DNA of 64,000 nt from contig JBDOQK010000054.1 in NCBI GenBank assembly GCA_040437565.1, positions 124,001-188,000 of the forward strand. Direction: 5' to 3'. The position numbers were made by a program, and so were the translations under genes. Every line of letters begins with the position of its first letter. The stretch's first letter is position 1. Shown here one piece after another: positions 59,262-64,000 of this stretch. This DNA is from Albugo candida. Its lineage: Eukaryota. The notes below the pieces were generated by a model. It was not told where the DNA came from. It ran no database searches and saw nothing but the letters and a program-made list of their open reading frames with translations.

Positions 59262-59827
59262 CGTGCCGTTAAAATCCTCAGTGCGTTTCGTAAAACCTCT
59301 TCAGTTTGATATGATTGGCTAATTTCATGCTAACGTGGACCTAGGTAAGGAAGGGACAATGTGATAGCACTGCCCGCTACTTTTCGACGTAAAATATTTT
59401 GCAATCACTCAGTTCAGTTAGCGTTCGCGTTTGTTCGTAAAGCTCATTGTTGTTAGACTATTTCGCAGTTCACGATTTGTTGATGGCACAAAAATATCCT
59501 ATTCTGCACACTGAGTCCTAATATTTCACTATGCAAAGAACATGAAAAATTCATTATCATTATTATTTTTTGAAAACATAACAAAAGAGTTTAAAAATAC
59601 ACAAAATATCCTTGGGTAAGGGTCATTCATGACGTAAAAACCTTAAGGCCTACAAGCTTGGTCTCAAAGATGATTTCCGAGTGAGTGTGAATGCCTGATT
59701 TGCAGTCAATATGGTTGAATTCTCAGTCTAGGAAATTAGCCAATCATATCAGAAGGTCTCGTATAACCCAATTATATCAAACTGAGGGGATATTACAAAA
59801 CGCACTGAGGGAATTTCAACGGTTCCG
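59262..59827. mobile_element. MITE-like element, copy 2
   Basis: Interior colinear with 50420-50860 (GGGACAAT.TGATAGCACTGCCCGCTACTTTTCGAC…GCAATCACTCAGTTCAGTT…). Longer imperfect TIRs: CCGTTAAAATCCTCAGTGCGTTTCGTAA…TCAGTTTGATATGATTGG against the reverse complement of the right end. TAA follows the right end. Confidence 0.75.
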
Positions 59828-61946
59828 TAAAAGAATCAAAGCACAAAATAGATCAACTAATTGTGCTATCACCTGAGAAGCTTCCAGCAAAGTTCTATCT
59901 TAAAGAAAAACTCCTTGGAGACAATCCGCTACACATATTTTGAAATGCAATTGGAGCAAACCTTCTCCGCTTCGATTAACTAGTAGCAACAGTCCTTCTC
60001 GAATTTGGCCACATGACAATAATACCCTCCTCAGGATCAAAGCCCGCAATGTCGCGTTTCGATGCCCAGGCAATGATTAATATAAGTAGAAAATCTGACA
60101 GCTGCACTGACTATGGAATGTTCAAAATGAATATCACTGGATCATGGATTACGGATCAATCAGATGATCTTGTAGATAAGACGTGTCCGAAAATGATTGC
60201 AAACTCTAACGTGCTGTTTATGTACAATGCAAGGGGCACGCCAGTAAAAGATACGATCAAAACGTACTGGAATTACAAGACCAATAATCTTGAGTGGCCT
60301 CGTGTCTGAATGTGAAAGAAGTAATGCAACTGCAGCTTTCTTGGTGACCTGAATATCTTGACGGGATGAAGGAAAAAATGGCCGAGATCGAGCGTTTTCA
60401 TAGAAGTATAACATCAAAATCGGGCAAGTAAAAAGGTTGGGCATGAATTTGAAGAGCCGCATCAACCGAGCTTTCCAGAAGATGTGGCATTTGTGCAGTA
60501 TGTGTGGACGCCAGCTGACAACAACTCAAAGCTATCCAAGATGGAAGATAATGAAAAGTTTTGGTCCGGTTTCGTAATGAGAGCTGGTTGGTGTAATTAT
60601 TACTGCTTGGTAGGCAATCTAGCGCCTTGCCGTCTGTCCAGCTGAGTTTGACCGGCAATTTTGCCGAAGAGCGGTAAGCAAATCACCACAATTCATAAAT
60701 TCGGTCAAAAGATGCAAATTCAGAAGGCTTTTCTTCCCATGCCGCGCCAATCATTGGACTATACGTGTGTTATTAAAGCCGGCGAGTAGATTTAACTCTG
60801 CAATGAATCCAGCAATATAGATGGATGTCGACTGTAATATGTTTTGTCAGCAACGAATCCAATTTCTAGATGCGCAAGCCATACTTCGCCAAAAGATCCT
60901 TTCTCCAGTCACCGAGTGAGCACAATAGCACTTCTTTGATGTTAGAAGACATGAAGTCAGACTACTCCGTCGCTGAGGAAACTCGTTCTCAGCTACGGAG
61001 TGGCTTGTGTGACCGTACGAGCCTTTATCGATCTGAAGCCAGCGAGCTGTCAAGACACTTTGATGTTTCCAATCCAACTTGGTATACTGATGTCAACGCG
61101 TTTCATGAAAGCAAAATGAGGCTCTCTCACGTGAGGAGCCGTATCGGATGTGAACGCCAAGGAGCTTCTCCTTTCAGAGCCTGAATGTACTCTTAATATC
61201 TGTCCTCCACCACGTTCGATGGTTGCAAATATCAGGCTGGTGATACTCCAAACTGCGCTTTTTTGCGGCGATACCTTATAAGTGCACCAAGCGCCAGTAG
61301 TAAGGCAGGGACCATGAAGACACATACGGCTATAATTGAAGTCTTGTTCGACCTGGTGACGCAAAATGAGCGGCATCAAGGTGTCCGAAGATCAAAGAGA
61401 TTGCAAACCGAGTAGTTACAATGACTCACTTGTGGCACAATTCAGTCAAATAATTGCAACAATCCTTCTCAGATTTCTGATAGAATCATACCGCGATACA
61501 TTAGCCACCACAGGTGCGCTGGATGAAGGTCAACTAATTTTATGACAACATCATGAACATTATCTCATATATAAAAAAGCCCCCAGCGTCTCTTAATAAA
61601 CAATTGTGGTCGTGCACCGACGGTCGCAAGAAGACGAATAAGCGATACCCGTTGCGAAGAAACAGAGCGTATTCTTGTTAGCAGGTTATCTGGAAACGTT
61701 TTAATATCTCGATTGGCCAGGAGAGCCATAGACGAATGCATGTCATTCGACATGTCAATCTCGAAGGGCGCAGGACTCGATTCTTAAAGCATTTTAGCGA
61801 GGAAGCGCTGTGAAGTGGTCAACAAATTCAGTATTTTCACTCCAATCATAATGAAGAACGTGTATTCTATATCATGACGTTGCTTGCGTACACGTGTCAA
61901 GACGATATATAAAGTTCGGTCGCATTTCAAGTTGCTCAAGTGCTTA

Positions 61947-63174
61947 CTTGATGGAAAATGCACATTGTGCGTTTCACTTCTATTTTAGATGCATTTCCAT
62001 AAATACAAACCTTGTACATACTATGCATTCAGTTTCCCATTCTTTCAACTAGCCACATACAACACGTCATTATTTACTTTTCATCTATGTCCCAGAGTCT
62101 GGAGGAAGGCCGTTGTGATCTTTGCTTCGAAACTAGTAATCGAATGTTCTCGTCCAATACACATGAGCGTCCTACCTTGATTTGTAGGTGCGCCTGAGCT
62201 TTGAAGATCTAGCTCGATGATATCAGCCATGAAGCAATGTTCACATTACTCGGTCTCATAATAACGAGTTCGATCTCGTGGAGACGTGTGGTGTGAGTTG
62301 TTTATGCAGCTATTTCAGCACACTCGTCAGATCACTGCACCCAACGTCTTGATGAATTGACGGATAGCGTCGAACTGAGTGCTTTTGAAGATTCACGGAA
62401 ATATGCGTTGTTGCACGCCGTGCCAGATGAATCGTTTACTGGAAAGAGATTTGCATCAAGAGTCACTCCGGGAGAGGACAGTTGGCAACACAGAAGGTGG
62501 ACCGACGAATTCAGCAAGTGGGAGTTCATATCCGTCAGACTTTGAATAAGACAGTTTTCTTCACTTATGTTCTTCACATCTGTAAGTATCGTATGGAAAG
62601 GAGCACTTTGAGATGTACAGGGCCGTGTCGCATAAGAGTTACTTGACTGAGTCTAGACCAGACTTCTCAATTTGCCGGCTACTAAGTAACCCGCCAATTT
62701 AGTAAAAACAACTCGAAAAAACAACTTTTTTCACCTCTTTCCTCTCGAAAACAATGGTTCAAGTCGACATATCNNNNNNNNNNNNNNNNNNNNNNNNNNN
62801 NNNNNNNNNNNNNNNNNNNNNNNNNNNNNNNNNNNNNNNNNNNNNNNNNNNNNNNNNNNNNNNNNNNNNNNNNCTTGATGGAAAATGCACATTGTGCGTT
62901 TCACTTCTAGTTTAGATGCATTTCCATAAATACAAACCTTGTACATACTATGCATTCATTTTCCCATTCTTTCAACTAGCGACAAAGAACACGTCATTGT
63001 TTACCTTTCATCTATGTCCCACAGTCTGGACGAAGACCGTTGTAATATTTGCTTCGAAACTGGTAATCGAAATGTCCTCGTCCAATACACATGAGCGTCG
63101 TACCTTGATTTGCAGGTGCGCCTGAGCTTCGAAGATCTAGCTCGATGATATCAGTCATGAAGCAATGTTCACAT
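61947..63174. repeat. Diverged ~300-bp direct repeat (61947-62246 and 62874-63174)
   Basis: Both copies run from CTTGATGGAAAATGCACATTG to GAAGCAATGTTCACAT, with many substitutions and an indel. Confidence 0.85.
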
Positions 63175-64000
63175 CATTCAATAAACTATCAACACTAGCA
63201 CACGATGAAGGCAACTATATTCAAAACTGTTTTTTTTTCGCAATGCTTGGTGGACTTGACGCAAACAACAAATTCCATAACATCATGTTGCACTACATGC
63301 ATTTGAAAGTACGCACAGATACATATTCGCCGGACCAGCCATCTCCCTGGTCGGTGAACGTTCATCCAGCACTATAGAGCCTGAAGACCAGGATGTCGAA
63401 GCTTCTGAAAATCCCGATGATCGTTTCCTGATGGTCTTTCGCATACTCCCGCCAAGCACGTCAATACTGCCAGTGACGCCGTTTAATAAACCCATCAAAT
63501 CCCTAACTCTCTGTAGTGGGGCCAAAAAGGTTGCAAACGATTTAAGATAAAAGTATCGAATGACAATCAGATTTTACCGTTCTGGAGCAAGAAAAGCGAT
63601 GAAAGCATCGTCAAGCCTTGTCTCATTTCTGAAAGATCTGGAGAAACAAATGGCAAAAAAAACTATCATGTGTCCATCATAGAAGATTACTTCTTGGATA
63701 GGTCGGTCAGTTGCCGTTCGAATCCGAAGGATCCGAGAGAAATAAATAATATTGCCAACGTGGTGAAGCATGTCGAACCAAGGAACTTGGCTCTATATGA
63801 TATCGCTTGGGCATTATCACACTCGTCCATTGAAGACTTGAAGCAGAGAAAGAAGCTGACAAAACGATCTGTGGAAAGTATGCTCGATCTCGAAGTTTTG
63901 CTCACAACAACTGGCGGTATATACTTTATCACATGGCTTATGACTCCAATCCTTTATCTAGGAGACATTACGGATATCGGAATAAGTCAGGTCGGAAACA

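Noticed and set aside
60013-61800. Short ORFs, possibly retroelement remnants
   Set aside because: No diagnostic RT, integrase or RNase H motifs could be identified by eye.

Overview
Eukaryotic, intron-containing DNA from a compact oomycete genome. Albugo-like is my inference from gene density, short GT-AG introns, oomycete-type secreted domains and INR/FPR promoter motifs. It is a draft scaffold with many 100-N gaps, and several are flanked by duplicated sequence that is probably assembly overlap. Bases 1-47 kb are very gene-dense. Genes there include a Siw14-like phosphatase, STRIP/Far11, a cysteine-rich secreted protein, a PCGF-type RING-RAWUL protein, a tandem psq/CENP-B HTH protein, a COPI-associated protein, ATP synthase subunit b, an FHA-UBZ protein, ACY1, mitoferrin, an RNFT-like E3, a 3R-Myb, RPB12, NMD3 and ALDH12. 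After ~49 kb the window becomes gene-poor, with pseudogenes, a decayed LINE, a tRNA-derived SINE-like RNA and two copies of a MITE. The most unusual items are (i) a 1048-aa PH-CHI-acidic-CHI-PH-hydrophobic-tail protein resembling a membrane-contact-site lipid-transfer protein built on the chalcone-isomerase fold, and (ii) a three-member prolyl-4-hydroxylase-like family whose catalytic domain is split by a ~255-aa internally duplicated insert. All domain calls are by motif recognition, not database search.
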